A DNA stretch of 25,156 nucleotides, from positions 1 through 25,156 of the forward strand of contig MVQI01000024.1 of assembly GCA_002067795.1 (NCBI GenBank). The letters run 5' to 3'. Each line of letters starts with the position of its first letter. The first letter of the stretch is position 1. Source of the DNA: Methanosaeta sp. PtaB.Bin039. GTDB lineage: Archaea; Halobacteriota; Methanosarcinia; Methanotrichales; Methanotrichaceae. Below the pieces are notes generated by a model. That model had not been told where the DNA came from. It saw only the letters and a program-made list of their open reading frames with translations, and ran no database searches. Of the stretch, positions 1 to 8,663 are shown piece by piece. The position numbers and the translations under genes were made by a program.

Positions 1-942
1 AGCGGCGGCGTTGCCGATGGCTGCCACGAGAGCTGTGGGGGTGGCCAGCACAATCACACATGGGCAGAAGACTATGAGCATGGTAATCGCCCTCATGACA
101 TCGCCGCTCCACAGCCAGAGCAGCCCGCCTGAGATCAGAGCCAAAGGCATGTAGATCTTGGCGTATCTGTTGAGAAGACGCTCAATTGGTGGTTTATGAG
201 ACTGCGCCTCCTCGATCAGGCTGCGGATATGGCCAAGAGCAGTATCGCCGCCGATCTTGCTTACCCGTATCTCAAGGGCGCCAACCTCACTAAGCGTTCC
301 GGCATAAACCTGATCTCCCGGCTTCTTCTCAACTGCCAGGCTCTCTCCAGTGATGGCCGCCTGGTTGACCGAGGCAGAGCCGGAGACGACCTCACCATCG
401 ACTGCAATTCTATCGCCCGACCGTACAAGTACAAGGTCGCCGACATCGACATCCTCCAGGCATACCACCAGATCGCCGCCGTTCCTGCGCACTGTAACCT
501 TGTCAGGCAGAAGGCCAGCCAAAGACACCAGGGATTGATTGGCTCGAGCCGCAACGAACTCCTCCAAGAGGCCGCCGATGAGCAGCAAGACCGCCACGAC
601 AGCTGCTGCAGAATATTCGCCAATGGCGATAGCCGCCATTGTGGCGATGGAAACGGGGATATCCGCCGTGAAGTCGCGCTCCCTGATGCCCCGGAGAGCT
701 GACATCCAGATGAAGGATGACCCAACCAAAGCCGCGATCAGATAGAGAACGCTTCCGCCTTCATGAGTCTCGCCATGATACAGTCCTCCAGGGTCGATGA
801 CGACTGCCAGGGTCAAGATCAGGCTGCTGACCACGGTGACGATGGTTCCAGGATCCAGCAGAAACTGGCGGTAACGGCTGAGCCAGTGTATCGTATTGAA
901 TGCAGCGGCGGACAAAGAGTCCTCCCTATCGTCGATGGACAT
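1..942 (-). CDS. Heavy-metal-translocating P-type (P1B) ATPase, N-terminal 314 codons; the gene continues past the left edge of the window
   Basis: This ORF is absent from the track because it is open at the window edge. My reverse-complement translation from the ATG at 942..940 stays in one frame down to base 1. It reads MSIDDREDSL...AAITGESLAVEKKPGDQVYAGT...MLIVFCPCVIVLATPTALVAAIGNAAA. It contains the TGES actuator motif and the CPC membrane metal-site motif typical of P1B ATPases. A GGAG lies about 14 nt upstream of the ATG. Confidence 0.85.
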   Translation of the reverse strand, partial: MSIDDREDSLSAAAFNTIHWLSRYRQFLLDPGTIVTVVSSLILTLAVVIDPGGLYHGETHEGGSVLYLIAALVGSSFIWMSALRGIRERDFTADIPVSIATMAAIAIGEYSAAAVVAVLLLIGGLLEEFVAARANQSLVSLAGLLPDKVTVRRNGGDLVVCLEDVDVGDLVLVRSGDRIAVDGEVVSGSASVNQAAITGESLAVEKKPGDQVYAGTLSEVGALEIRVSKIGGDTALGHIRSLIEEAQSHKPPIERLLNRYAKIYMPLALISGGLLWLWSGDVMRAITMLIVFCPCVIVLATPTALVAAIGNAAA

Positions 943-1132
943 AGTCACATCAATCTCCTACATCTCTGTGCACGGACATCGCCTGATAGCACATGCCATA
1001 GTGTAGGTAGCAATAAATCTTATGATATCTGCATCAAGTACAAATAAAACATGTAAAATAGTACATTATCATCTATGAATGTAGAGTTCAAATTGAAAAG
1101 GTTCTATCGGATAAGATAGTCTCGAACAACGA

Positions 1133-1984
1133 TCACTTCTCCCACCACATCTTCACTCTGGTCGACCATCCAGGCAGCACCAGCGCACCATCTTCCTCAC
1201 GCATGCCCTCCCGAAGGTATTCTCGCAATATCGACTTCTGCGCCTCTGTCTTCGCATCCGCCCGGAAAGCCATGTCCTGAGTGGCCTCATCAAGCGAGGG
1301 GTATCGTTGATCGTGCTCCAGCCTAAATGTCCTGATATGCGGATATATCCCCATCTGATAAAGCACGTTGTAGAGGACGTCGCTCTTCGGGCCAGGACGG
1401 TACTCTCGTCCATGCATGCTCTGCCAGATCCTCTCCCACTGCAGGTCCCAGGACGTCGGCCCGGCGAAATGATAGAGATAGACGTACCTCGAAGAGGCGT
1501 CAGTCATCTTCTGAATTGCCGCCCTGATATCCCTCATTCCAAGAGAGAAGGACGCGATCACCACATCGTATGGCGGATCAAGATCTCGCTCAACATCCAC
1601 ATCCTCCCATCGCTTCTTGACCACGGCGATGTTATGGACGCCGAACTCGGCCATCTTCTCTCTCATCACGCTGCACATGCCGTCGGCAGGCTCGACGGCT
1701 GTGACATGCGCCGCCTTCTGAGCAAAGGGGATTGCAAGCGTTCCAGGTCCCGCTCCGATGTCGAGGACCCGCGACTCTGCCGTGATATCCGTCTCCCAGA
1801 CTGTCTGGTCGATCCTGCTGCGCTCCCTTTGGCACATATCCCAGAAGCGCAGAGCGCTGTCCTTGCTCTCCCAGATGCGGGCACAATTTCGCCCGGGAGC
1901 CGATCCCCGGCTCCTATCAGTCCGGCTCTTCCAGACCTCATTCCAGTCGATTTCGTCACAAATATCGATCATGTCAATACCCAC
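1133..1984 (-). CDS. Class I SAM-dependent methyltransferase (paralogue of 3576..4412)
   Basis: The 283-aa ORF carries the motif I SAM-binding loop VLDIGAGPGTLAIP. It shares a scaffold with the 3576..4412 product: W-E-WK near the N-terminus, VLD-GAG-G-LAIP, DVVI-S-SLG, PGP, YN-L-MGIY and RY-SLDEA. The track start is a GTG at 1984. An ATG at 1972 (MIDICDEIDW...) sits about 26-30 nt downstream of a TATA-like CATAAATC, so it could be a leaderless start. Confidence 0.8.
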   Translation of the reverse strand: MGIDMIDICDEIDWNEVWKSRTDRSRGSAPGRNCARIWESKDSALRFWDMCQRERSRIDQTVWETDITAESRVLDIGAGPGTLAIPFAQKAAHVTAVEPADGMCSVMREKMAEFGVHNIAVVKKRWEDVDVERDLDPPYDVVIASFSLGMRDIRAAIQKMTDASSRYVYLYHFAGPTSWDLQWERIWQSMHGREYRPGPKSDVLYNVLYQMGIYPHIRTFRLEHDQRYPSLDEATQDMAFRADAKTEAQKSILREYLREGMREEDGALVLPGWSTRVKMWWEK

Positions 1985-2332
1985 AGGATTTGAAGCGGAT
2001 TTATGAGGTATCGGCAGCTGCCAAAAAAAGCCGCCTCAGGCGCCCAGCTCCTCGCAAGAATCAATCATCCGATGCGTCAGTGCCGGAGAGCCAATGCAAT
2101 GCCAGAATCATACCTCTCGACTCCGGTCTATCATTCGTCCAAACACCTCAAACAAGGGATGTAATCAATTCCTTATTTAAGAATATTGCCACAACCAGTG
2201 TTACTGGATCCGACGCTAACCATCGATTGATTCCCCCCACTCTGCATATCTCCGAAAGATTCGCTCGATGACCTGAGGCGATAATCATAGTAGGCGAAGG
2301 ACATCTTGTCGATACGTCTATTAACAAAAACT

Positions 2333-2340
2333 CTTAAATA
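2333..2340 (+). promoter_or_regulatory. Candidate archaeal TATA box for the binding-protein/ABC operon
   Basis: CTTAAATA is preceded by an A-rich stretch (AACAAAAA) in the AT-rich divergent intergenic region 1985..2432. It lies about 95 nt upstream of the ATG at 2433, which has its own GGTGAG Shine-Dalgarno site 8 nt upstream. Confidence 0.3.
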
Positions 2341-2432
2341 TTTCAATACTATTAACATCTAAATCGTAATTGATCATGAATCAGTGTGATGTGACGTATT
2401 GACAACCATCTGAGACAATTGGTGAGCTATAT

Positions 2433-3572
2433 ATGCATAAATCCTGTTTGCGAAATAAAACTCTGGCGGTAATATTGGTATGCTCTTTATTTGTTATTGG
2501 CATAACGGCAACGGCATCTTATCCTAAGGTCTTTACCGATACTCAAGGCCGGTATGTAATCCTGGATAAGCCCATCGAGAGGATAATCACCCGATCCCCG
2601 GACGAGGCCAGGATAGTCATAGCCCTGGGCTGCGGAGACAAGCTTGTTGCAGGAGAGCAGGCCACGAAATCCTGCCTGTGTCCCATGACATTCGGCAACA
2701 CCGAAGAAGGATGCAAGAGGTGTTTCGATGACATTATCGACGGACGCATGGCCTCCCTGCCAGAGATAAGCACCAGGTACGACATATATTTCGAGAAGAT
2801 AGCCCAGCTCAAGCCGGACCTGATCTTCTGCGGAAATCTGAAGGACGCAGAGGCCTTTGAGGACAAGATCGGCTGCCCAGTTGTTGTGCTGGGTGGACAG
2901 GGATGGAACTTAGGGGATGAGGGGTACTTCGAGAGCATACGCGTGGCTGGCCAGGCTCTGGATGCAGAAGATGAGGCAGATGATCTGATTGACTTTGTAA
3001 AGGGCAAGATAGACCTGGTAAAGACGAAAACGGATAACATGAAGCCCGAAGACAAGCCGCGTGTCTACTTTGCCTCACGCGGCGCAGGAGCGGGCTTTTA
3101 CGATCCGAAAGAGGGAAGGGATTTCACCAGAACCGAGCCCAAATACGACCCCCTGAAGATCGCCGGAGGCATCAACGTGGCCTCTGAGATCAATGGCTCG
3201 ACAGTCAATGTCGCCCTTGAGCAGATCATTGCCTGGAATCCGGACTTCGTATTCATATCGAACAGCGCAGCTAAAAACAGCACCGCATTGAATTTCATCA
3301 AGGGCAGTCCTGAGCTCTCCTCGGTCAATGCCATCAAGAACGGAGATGTGTACAACTGCTTCTATCCACACTGCCGCGGCACGCCTCCGGACAGAAACCT
3401 CATCAATATGATGTACATGGCCAAGCTGCTGCATCCCACAGAGTTCAGAGATCTGGACCTTGAGAAGGAGGGCAATGAGATATTCAAGGCCTTCTTGGGG
3501 GTTGACGGCGTCTTTTCCGAATACGCCGACTACCTCATCTGGCCCAGAGAGTACCTGGACAGCCTGAAGTAG
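2433..3572 (+). CDS. ABC transporter substrate-binding protein, FecB/BtuF-like (iron-chelate/corrinoid class), membrane-anchored or secreted
   Basis: The 379-aa ORF has an N-terminal hydrophobic anchor (LAVILVCSLFVIGITATA). Its layout is typical of class III periplasmic binding proteins (RIITRSPDEARIVIALGCGDKLVAG..., LKPDLIF, WNPDFVFIS). It is the first gene of a run that also holds a FecCD permease and a FecE-type ATPase. Confidence 0.85.
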   Translation: MHKSCLRNKTLAVILVCSLFVIGITATASYPKVFTDTQGRYVILDKPIERIITRSPDEARIVIALGCGDKLVAGEQATKSCLCPMTFGNTEEGCKRCFDDIIDGRMASLPEISTRYDIYFEKIAQLKPDLIFCGNLKDAEAFEDKIGCPVVVLGGQGWNLGDEGYFESIRVAGQALDAEDEADDLIDFVKGKIDLVKTKTDNMKPEDKPRVYFASRGAGAGFYDPKEGRDFTRTEPKYDPLKIAGGINVASEINGSTVNVALEQIIAWNPDFVFISNSAAKNSTALNFIKGSPELSSVNAIKNGDVYNCFYPHCRGTPPDRNLINMMYMAKLLHPTEFRDLDLEKEGNEIFKAFLGVDGVFSEYADYLIWPREYLDSLK

Positions 3573-3575
3573 TGA

Positions 3576-4412
3576 TTGATCATGCCAGGAATCGTAAACT
3601 GGGACGAGCTTTGGAAGGCCACACATTTCAGGGGCTTTCACCACCATGATCCAGACCTGATCTCCTACTGGGACAGAAAGGCAGAGCTGTTCAATAGAAG
3701 GGTCATGAGGCACAGGGAGAGGGCTGAAATCCAGGTGGCAAGTCTTGGGCTGCGTTCCTACGAGACCGTCCTTGATGTGGGTGCTGGAACCGGAAGGCTG
3801 GCGATCCCCATGTCCAAAGTGGCCAGTAGCGTTACAGCTCTCGACCAATCAGGAGGCATGCTGGCCTGCCTTAAGGAAAATATGCGCGCTGATGGGATAG
3901 AAAATATCCGGTGCATCCAGAAGAGCTGGCAGGATTTGGCGGTAGACGAGATAGAGCAGCATGACGTCGTCATATCCTCAAACTCCCTGGGTGTCTATGA
4001 ATTGAGAGAGGCGCTGGCCAAGATGGATTCGCTGGCCAAGAGCAGGGCTTACATATTCATCTTCACCGATCATAAGAGGGACGACGGTTTTTCGGATTTC
4101 TTAAGGAGAGATGTGGCGGTTAAGAATGCGCCCGGACCTGCGGATTATCTGGTGATCTACAATCTGCTCGCCGAGATGGGCATATACGCCGACATAGAGA
4201 TGGTTGACTGGCTGTACAAAGAGCGTTACTCCAGCCTCGACGAGGCAGCGTCCGAATGGATGCAGATGCATGACATCGCAGCCGATAAGGAGCCTGATCT
4301 GCGGGAATTCCTCTCTTTAAGGCTGGTGGGGGACGAGTCCGGAGTGTGCATGGTCCGCCACTACAAATCGGCCACGATCTCCTGGCGGAAAGGCAAGCTG
4401 GTTCGTGACTAG
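3576..4412 (+). CDS. Class I SAM-dependent methyltransferase (paralogue of 1133..1984), embedded in the ABC operon
   Basis: The 278-aa ORF carries the SAM motif I VLDVGAGTGRLAIP and the conserved blocks it shares with 1133..1984. It starts 4 nt after the binding-protein stop, at TTG 3576 or ATG 3582. Confidence 0.8.
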   Translation: MIMPGIVNWDELWKATHFRGFHHHDPDLISYWDRKAELFNRRVMRHRERAEIQVASLGLRSYETVLDVGAGTGRLAIPMSKVASSVTALDQSGGMLACLKENMRADGIENIRCIQKSWQDLAVDEIEQHDVVISSNSLGVYELREALAKMDSLAKSRAYIFIFTDHKRDDGFSDFLRRDVAVKNAPGPADYLVIYNLLAEMGIYADIEMVDWLYKERYSSLDEAASEWMQMHDIAADKEPDLREFLSLRLVGDESGVCMVRHYKSATISWRKGKLVRD

Positions 4413-4422
4413 GTGGGCGTGA

Positions 4423-5202
4423 ATGGTCTCCATAACCATTTTGGCCGGATCTGTCCTTTTGCTGGGTCTTTTGGCAGCATCGATAAGGGTGGTGAGGCAG
4501 TATGAACGGGCGGTCGTATTTCGTTTGGGAAAGCTGAAAGCCGAGAGAGGTCCTGGCCTCTTCCCACTCGTTCCGCTGGCGGATAATATGGTGCGGGTCG
4601 ACATGAGGGTGAGAGAGCTCGACGTCCCCAAGCAGACCGTGATCTCCAGAGACAATGTCACTCTTGAGGTGGACGCGGTCATATACTACAAGGTGACGAG
4701 CGCCTCGAAAGCCATTGTAGAGGTAGAGGACTTTGAGGCGGCCACGCTTCTGCTGGCCCAGACCACACTTCGTGATATCCTTGGACAAAACGAGCTGGAT
4801 ACTATACTATCAGACCGAGACGACCTCAACCAGAGGATCAAGGAGATATTGGATTTCACAACGGAGCCCTGGGGAATGCATGTGGTGATGGTGACAATGA
4901 GAGACGTCTCACTGCCCGAGAATATGCTGCGTGCCATCGCCCGCCAGGCGGAAGCAGAGCGCGAGAAAAGGGCACGCATAATACTGGCAGAAGGAGAGCT
5001 TCAGGCATCCAGGATGATGAACGAGGCTGCTGATATGTACGAGAACAAGCCCAGTGCTTTGAAGCTGCGTGAGTTTCAGACCTTAAATGAGATCGCCAAG
5101 GAGAAGAACCTCATCGTGGTATCGACTGGAGAGAGAGACGGCCATTGGGCATCAGACCTCCCATGTCTCATGGGTCTGGCCAGGGCGGCTGCTGATAAAT
5201 GA
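4423..5202 (+). CDS. SPFH/band-7 (stomatin/prohibitin-like) membrane protein
   Basis: The 259-aa ORF has an N-terminal TM segment followed by the SPFH core (VRQYERAVVFRLGKL, VISRDNVTLEVDAVIYYKV, TTLRDILGQNELDTILSDRD). A coiled-coil tail follows (AIARQAEAEREKRARIILAEGELQAS). Its stop overlaps the permease start in an ATGA. Confidence 0.85.
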   Translation: MVSITILAGSVLLLGLLAASIRVVRQYERAVVFRLGKLKAERGPGLFPLVPLADNMVRVDMRVRELDVPKQTVISRDNVTLEVDAVIYYKVTSASKAIVEVEDFEAATLLLAQTTLRDILGQNELDTILSDRDDLNQRIKEILDFTTEPWGMHVVMVTMRDVSLPENMLRAIARQAEAEREKRARIILAEGELQASRMMNEAADMYENKPSALKLREFQTLNEIAKEKNLIVVSTGERDGHWASDLPCLMGLARAAADK

Positions 5203-6329
5203 TGAGCGGAAAGGCGCTATTCTTCCGGGCCAAGACACGTGCAGAAATGTCCCAATCCAGGAGAGCTGGCAAGAGAAGCGCTATGCAGACGGCTCACGAT
5301 AGATTCAAGCTCGTCAGGATCTTCTTCGTGCTGGGCATCGCCGCCCTGCTGGTCTTTTTAACAGGCTTAATCATAACGCTTGGACCACTGGAGATTTCCG
5401 TGGCCGATGCCTATTCTGCTCTTCTGGCCCGCTTTTTGCCAGATCACTTCCAGTCGGAGGCGCTTACATCACGAGTCGTCTGGAATATCCGGTTTCCCCG
5501 CATACTGGGCGGGATGATGGCTGGATTTGGACTTGGGATATGCGGATGCGTCATGCAGGCAGTCCTCAAAAATCCGCTGGCCAGCCCCTTTACGCTGGGA
5601 ATCACCGCCGGCGCCCAGTTTGGCATATCAATGGCAGCCGTCATTGGATTTTCGGTTCTTGGCGGGCCTTATTTCATAATCGGCAATGCCTTCCTCTGCG
5701 CCCTGCTCTGCTCATTCTTCATCATAGGCCTGGCTGCCATCAAGGGCGCAACCTCTGAGAACCTGGTCTTAGCAGGCATAGCTGTCAACTACTTCTTCTC
5801 AGCCATCAGCCAGCTTCTCAAGTATTTCGCCAGCGATGAGCAGCTTCGACTCATGACCAACTGGGGAATGGGCGACCTGGCCGCCTTCTCCTGGGCGAAC
5901 TCCCAGCTGCTCCTTGCGGTATTCGTCATATGCGTTCCGCTGCTCATGTCCAAATGCTGGGACCTGAACATCATGACCGCCGGCGACGATACCGCCAAGA
6001 GCATCGGGGTAAATGCAGAGAATACCCGACTGTTCATCATGGCAACAAGCAGCCTGCTTGTGGCAGTTATCGTCTGCTTCATGGGAATTATCGCCTTCGT
6101 TGGCCTTGTGGCTCCTCATATGGCACGCATGGTGATCGGCGGAGATCACAGGTTTCTGATACCGGCATCCGGAGTGCTGGGCGCACTTGTCCTCATGTCG
6201 GCTGATGCCGTGGGAATGAATCTGATGGCACCTACCATCATCCCCACAGGGATCATGACATCCATTGTGGGCGTCCCATTCTTCATGTACCTCATGATGA
6301 AGGGAAAGAGAAAGGAGTTCTGGACATGA
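5199..6329 (+). CDS. FecCD/BtuC-family ABC transporter permease
   Basis: The 376-aa polytopic membrane ORF matches FecCD-family sequence character (RFPRILGGMMAGFGLGICGCVMQAVLKNPLASPFTLGITAGA..., IIPTGIMTSIVGVPFFMYLM). Its start overlaps the upstream stop. Internal ATGs at 5247 and 5283 are alternative starts. Confidence 0.9.
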   Translation: MMSGKALFFRAKTRAEMSQSRRAGKRSAMQTAHDRFKLVRIFFVLGIAALLVFLTGLIITLGPLEISVADAYSALLARFLPDHFQSEALTSRVVWNIRFPRILGGMMAGFGLGICGCVMQAVLKNPLASPFTLGITAGAQFGISMAAVIGFSVLGGPYFIIGNAFLCALLCSFFIIGLAAIKGATSENLVLAGIAVNYFFSAISQLLKYFASDEQLRLMTNWGMGDLAAFSWANSQLLLAVFVICVPLLMSKCWDLNIMTAGDDTAKSIGVNAENTRLFIMATSSLLVAVIVCFMGIIAFVGLVAPHMARMVIGGDHRFLIPASGVLGALVLMSADAVGMNLMAPTIIPTGIMTSIVGVPFFMYLMMKGKRKEFWT

Positions 6330-7114
6330 TGATCAAGCTGCAGGCCAAAGAGATAGTCTTCGGCTACGACAGCAATCCCGTTCTGGACAGCGTGAGCTTC
6401 GAGATAGCCCCCTCAAAGCTTGTGACAATCGTCGGGCCCAATGGTTCTGGCAAATCGACCCTGATCAAGTGCATAAACAAAATAGTGTCTCCGCAGGGAG
6501 GAAGCATCCTGATCGACCGAAGAGAGGTAGCGAAGATGACCAGGATGGAGGTAGCCAGATATCTCTCCTATGTCCCGCAAAGCTCGGTGCGCATCTTTCC
6601 CACCAATGTCTTCGACACGATCCTGATGGGCAGAAGGCCCCATATCGGTTGGCTGGGCAGCGAGCGGGATGAAGAGAAGGTCTGGGATGTCTTGCAGCTA
6701 TTGAATATCGAGAGGCTTGCCATGAACAACTTCAGCGAGCTTTCAGGCGGCCAGCAGCAGAAGGTGCTCATTGCCAGAGCGCTTGTTCAGGAAGCGGAGG
6801 TGATGCTTCTTGACGAGCCCACCAGCAACCTGGATATCTGGCACCAGCTGGACGTCATGAACATAATTCGGGACGTCGTCAAGAAGAAGGAGATCACTGC
6901 AATTATGGCCTTGCACGACCTCAACCTGGCGTCATACTACTCGGATCGCATCATAATGATGAAGAGGGGAAAGATCGTGGCAGTCGGCGATCCGCACTCA
7001 GTGATCACAGAGGAGAACATAGCTTCCGTATATCGGGTGCAAGCGGCAGTGCGAAAGCTATCCGATAGGCCGATGATCATGCCACTTCGGCAGATACGTG
7101 GATCCAAGGCCTAA
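6326..7114 (+). CDS. ABC transporter ATP-binding protein (FecE/BtuD-like)
   Basis: The 262-aa ORF has Walker A GPNGSGKST, the signature LSGGQQQKVLIARAL, Walker B MLLDEPTSNLD and an H-loop (ALHD). Its start overlaps the permease stop in an ATGA. Confidence 0.9.
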   Translation: MMIKLQAKEIVFGYDSNPVLDSVSFEIAPSKLVTIVGPNGSGKSTLIKCINKIVSPQGGSILIDRREVAKMTRMEVARYLSYVPQSSVRIFPTNVFDTILMGRRPHIGWLGSERDEEKVWDVLQLLNIERLAMNNFSELSGGQQQKVLIARALVQEAEVMLLDEPTSNLDIWHQLDVMNIIRDVVKKKEITAIMALHDLNLASYYSDRIIMMKRGKIVAVGDPHSVITEENIASVYRVQAAVRKLSDRPMIMPLRQIRGSKA

Positions 7115-7205
7115 AGATCAATCGCAAGCTACTAGCCCGCGGCCGTCCAGCAAAAAAAGTTGCCAGGAAGCACCAATCTGGCACTGTCCCACTGACCCAA
7201 TTTTT

Positions 7206-8306
7206 CTACATCACGCCTGCTACCTTGAGCGGATGTACGCCTGCGCTCTGGAGCAAAGCCAGCCTCTCTGAGTCCACTTCGAACTCCTTTATGACCGAAA
7301 CAACGAGCTGTGGCTGGTTCCAGTACTCCATGAGCCGCACATCCTCGACCAGCTTGGCAGCCCACGACGGCCCCTTGAAATCGGCTGATCCGTCCAGCTC
7401 CCTGGCCCTTGTCCAGTTGAACCCAAGGACCAACGCATCACCCTGCTTGGCAGTCTGGTTCCAGCGAATGTAGATGCCTGCCACATCGCTCTGGTTGTAC
7501 CTGGCTCTCAGAGCGCTCTTCTCCGCGTCGGAGAGGGCCATAACGAACATGCTGCTCTTGCCTGGTGTTGCATCCCATCGCATCTGCAATAAGTCGTCCT
7601 TGCACCACTGGGGACAGGCGATCACTCTATAGCTCTGTGCAGAGATATCCTCGATGGGCAGCTTGCCTTCCACGAACTTGGCGAGCATATAGCCGCTTGT
7701 CACTCCTGGGCAGAGATGATCGTGAAACGCAGTGGCCTGCAGGAAGTCAAACGAGGACCCAGGCTGCGCCCAGACATTGGACATGCCCACAAGGGTGAAC
7801 TCGTTTCCACCAAAGGCTCCCTGGAAGGTGGCGTTGCCCTCATCGGTGTGGTTCAGCATGTAGTCCAGGTCCACGTTAGCCCTCGTGATCCTGGTGAATG
7901 CCTGGTCGGCAGGAAGAGAGGCGAGCTTTTGCGCAGACATGCCCACAGCCCGGTTGTCTGCCTGAAGGAAGATCGCCTCCCCCGTCTCCTTATCGAAGAA
8001 GTAGAACCACAGCGGCTTCCAGTATGGCCGCAGCACCTGAAGCAGGTTGCCGTCGCCGACGCTGCACCCGCTGGCCTCTGTCAGGCCTTTTAAGGCAGCC
8101 TGGGTGGTCTGGCCCTCCACGATGGCATGACCGGCATTTGTGAGTGCCAGTATGTCTTTGTCACCGCTCTGAAATCCCAGTTGAGCCATGGCCTCCTTTG
8201 CAGCCTTTGATCCAATTTCCTCCATAGCAGAGCCCTGCGCATGGACTGCGCATGGCATCGTGGCCAGCAGCAGCGCCAAAGCCACCAACCCAATCGCTTT
8301 AAACAT
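7206..8306 (-). CDS. Secreted FmdE/FwdE-family protein
   Basis: The ORF contains the FmdE hallmark FHDHLCPGVTSGYML. An upstream segment (ILALTNAGHA...ASGCSVGDGNLLQV) also looks FmdE-like. The signal peptide MFKAIGLVALALLLATMPCAVHA begins at ATG 8306, which has a GAGGT 8 nt upstream. The track ORF extends to 8330. Confidence 0.75.
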   Translation of the reverse strand: MFKAIGLVALALLLATMPCAVHAQGSAMEEIGSKAAKEAMAQLGFQSGDKDILALTNAGHAIVEGQTTQAALKGLTEASGCSVGDGNLLQVLRPYWKPLWFYFFDKETGEAIFLQADNRAVGMSAQKLASLPADQAFTRITRANVDLDYMLNHTDEGNATFQGAFGGNEFTLVGMSNVWAQPGSSFDFLQATAFHDHLCPGVTSGYMLAKFVEGKLPIEDISAQSYRVIACPQWCKDDLLQMRWDATPGKSSMFVMALSDAEKSALRARYNQSDVAGIYIRWNQTAKQGDALVLGFNWTRARELDGSADFKGPSWAAKLVEDVRLMEYWNQPQLVVSVIKEFEVDSERLALLQSAGVHPLKVAGVM

Positions 8307-8663
8307 CTTGATACCTCTCATACAAGCCAAAATCTCTTCGTCTATGACAGATGGCTTAACCGACCTCGTGATATCGGTTCAGTGCCAATATCCGGGCCTT
8401 GGCCAATACGATAATTGAAGCTGCGCCCAACATTTATGAATGTTTCTATATTTAGTAGCACAAAGAATTAATATACGAGAATTGTCTGTGACTGGAGCAG
8501 ATGAAACAGCTGCCAAGATCACATCTGAAATAAGAAATAGCATAGCTGCAATTCGATTCAGATATGTGTCTTCGTTTTCGCCGGGCTGCAAAATCGCCTG
8601 GCGAAAAAAAAGAGACAGAAGATCCCTGCTGTTGACTGGGGAAATGGGAGATGCAAGAGATCG

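Noticed and set aside
196-1047. Track ORFs 196..702 (+), 261..725 (-), 350..538 (+), 539..745 (+) and 763..1047 (+)
   Set aside because: All lie within or antisense to the much better supported P-type ATPase frame (1..942, minus), which carries TGES and CPC motifs. Their translations are low-complexity Arg/Ser/Pro-rich shadow sequence.
1990-2271. 93-aa plus-strand ORF in the divergent promoter region
   Set aside because: It has no Shine-Dalgarno site and a composition unlike neighbouring genes. It sits where the promoters of two divergent genes are expected.
3075-3848. 257-aa minus-strand ORF
   Set aside because: It is antisense to the binding-protein and methyltransferase genes, both of which have clear family motifs. 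It is a typical shadow ORF of G+C-rich coding DNA, with no start context.
4120-4788. 222-aa minus-strand ORF
   Set aside because: It is antisense to the methyltransferase 3' end and the stomatin gene. Its sequence is Arg/Pro/Ser-rich with no motif.
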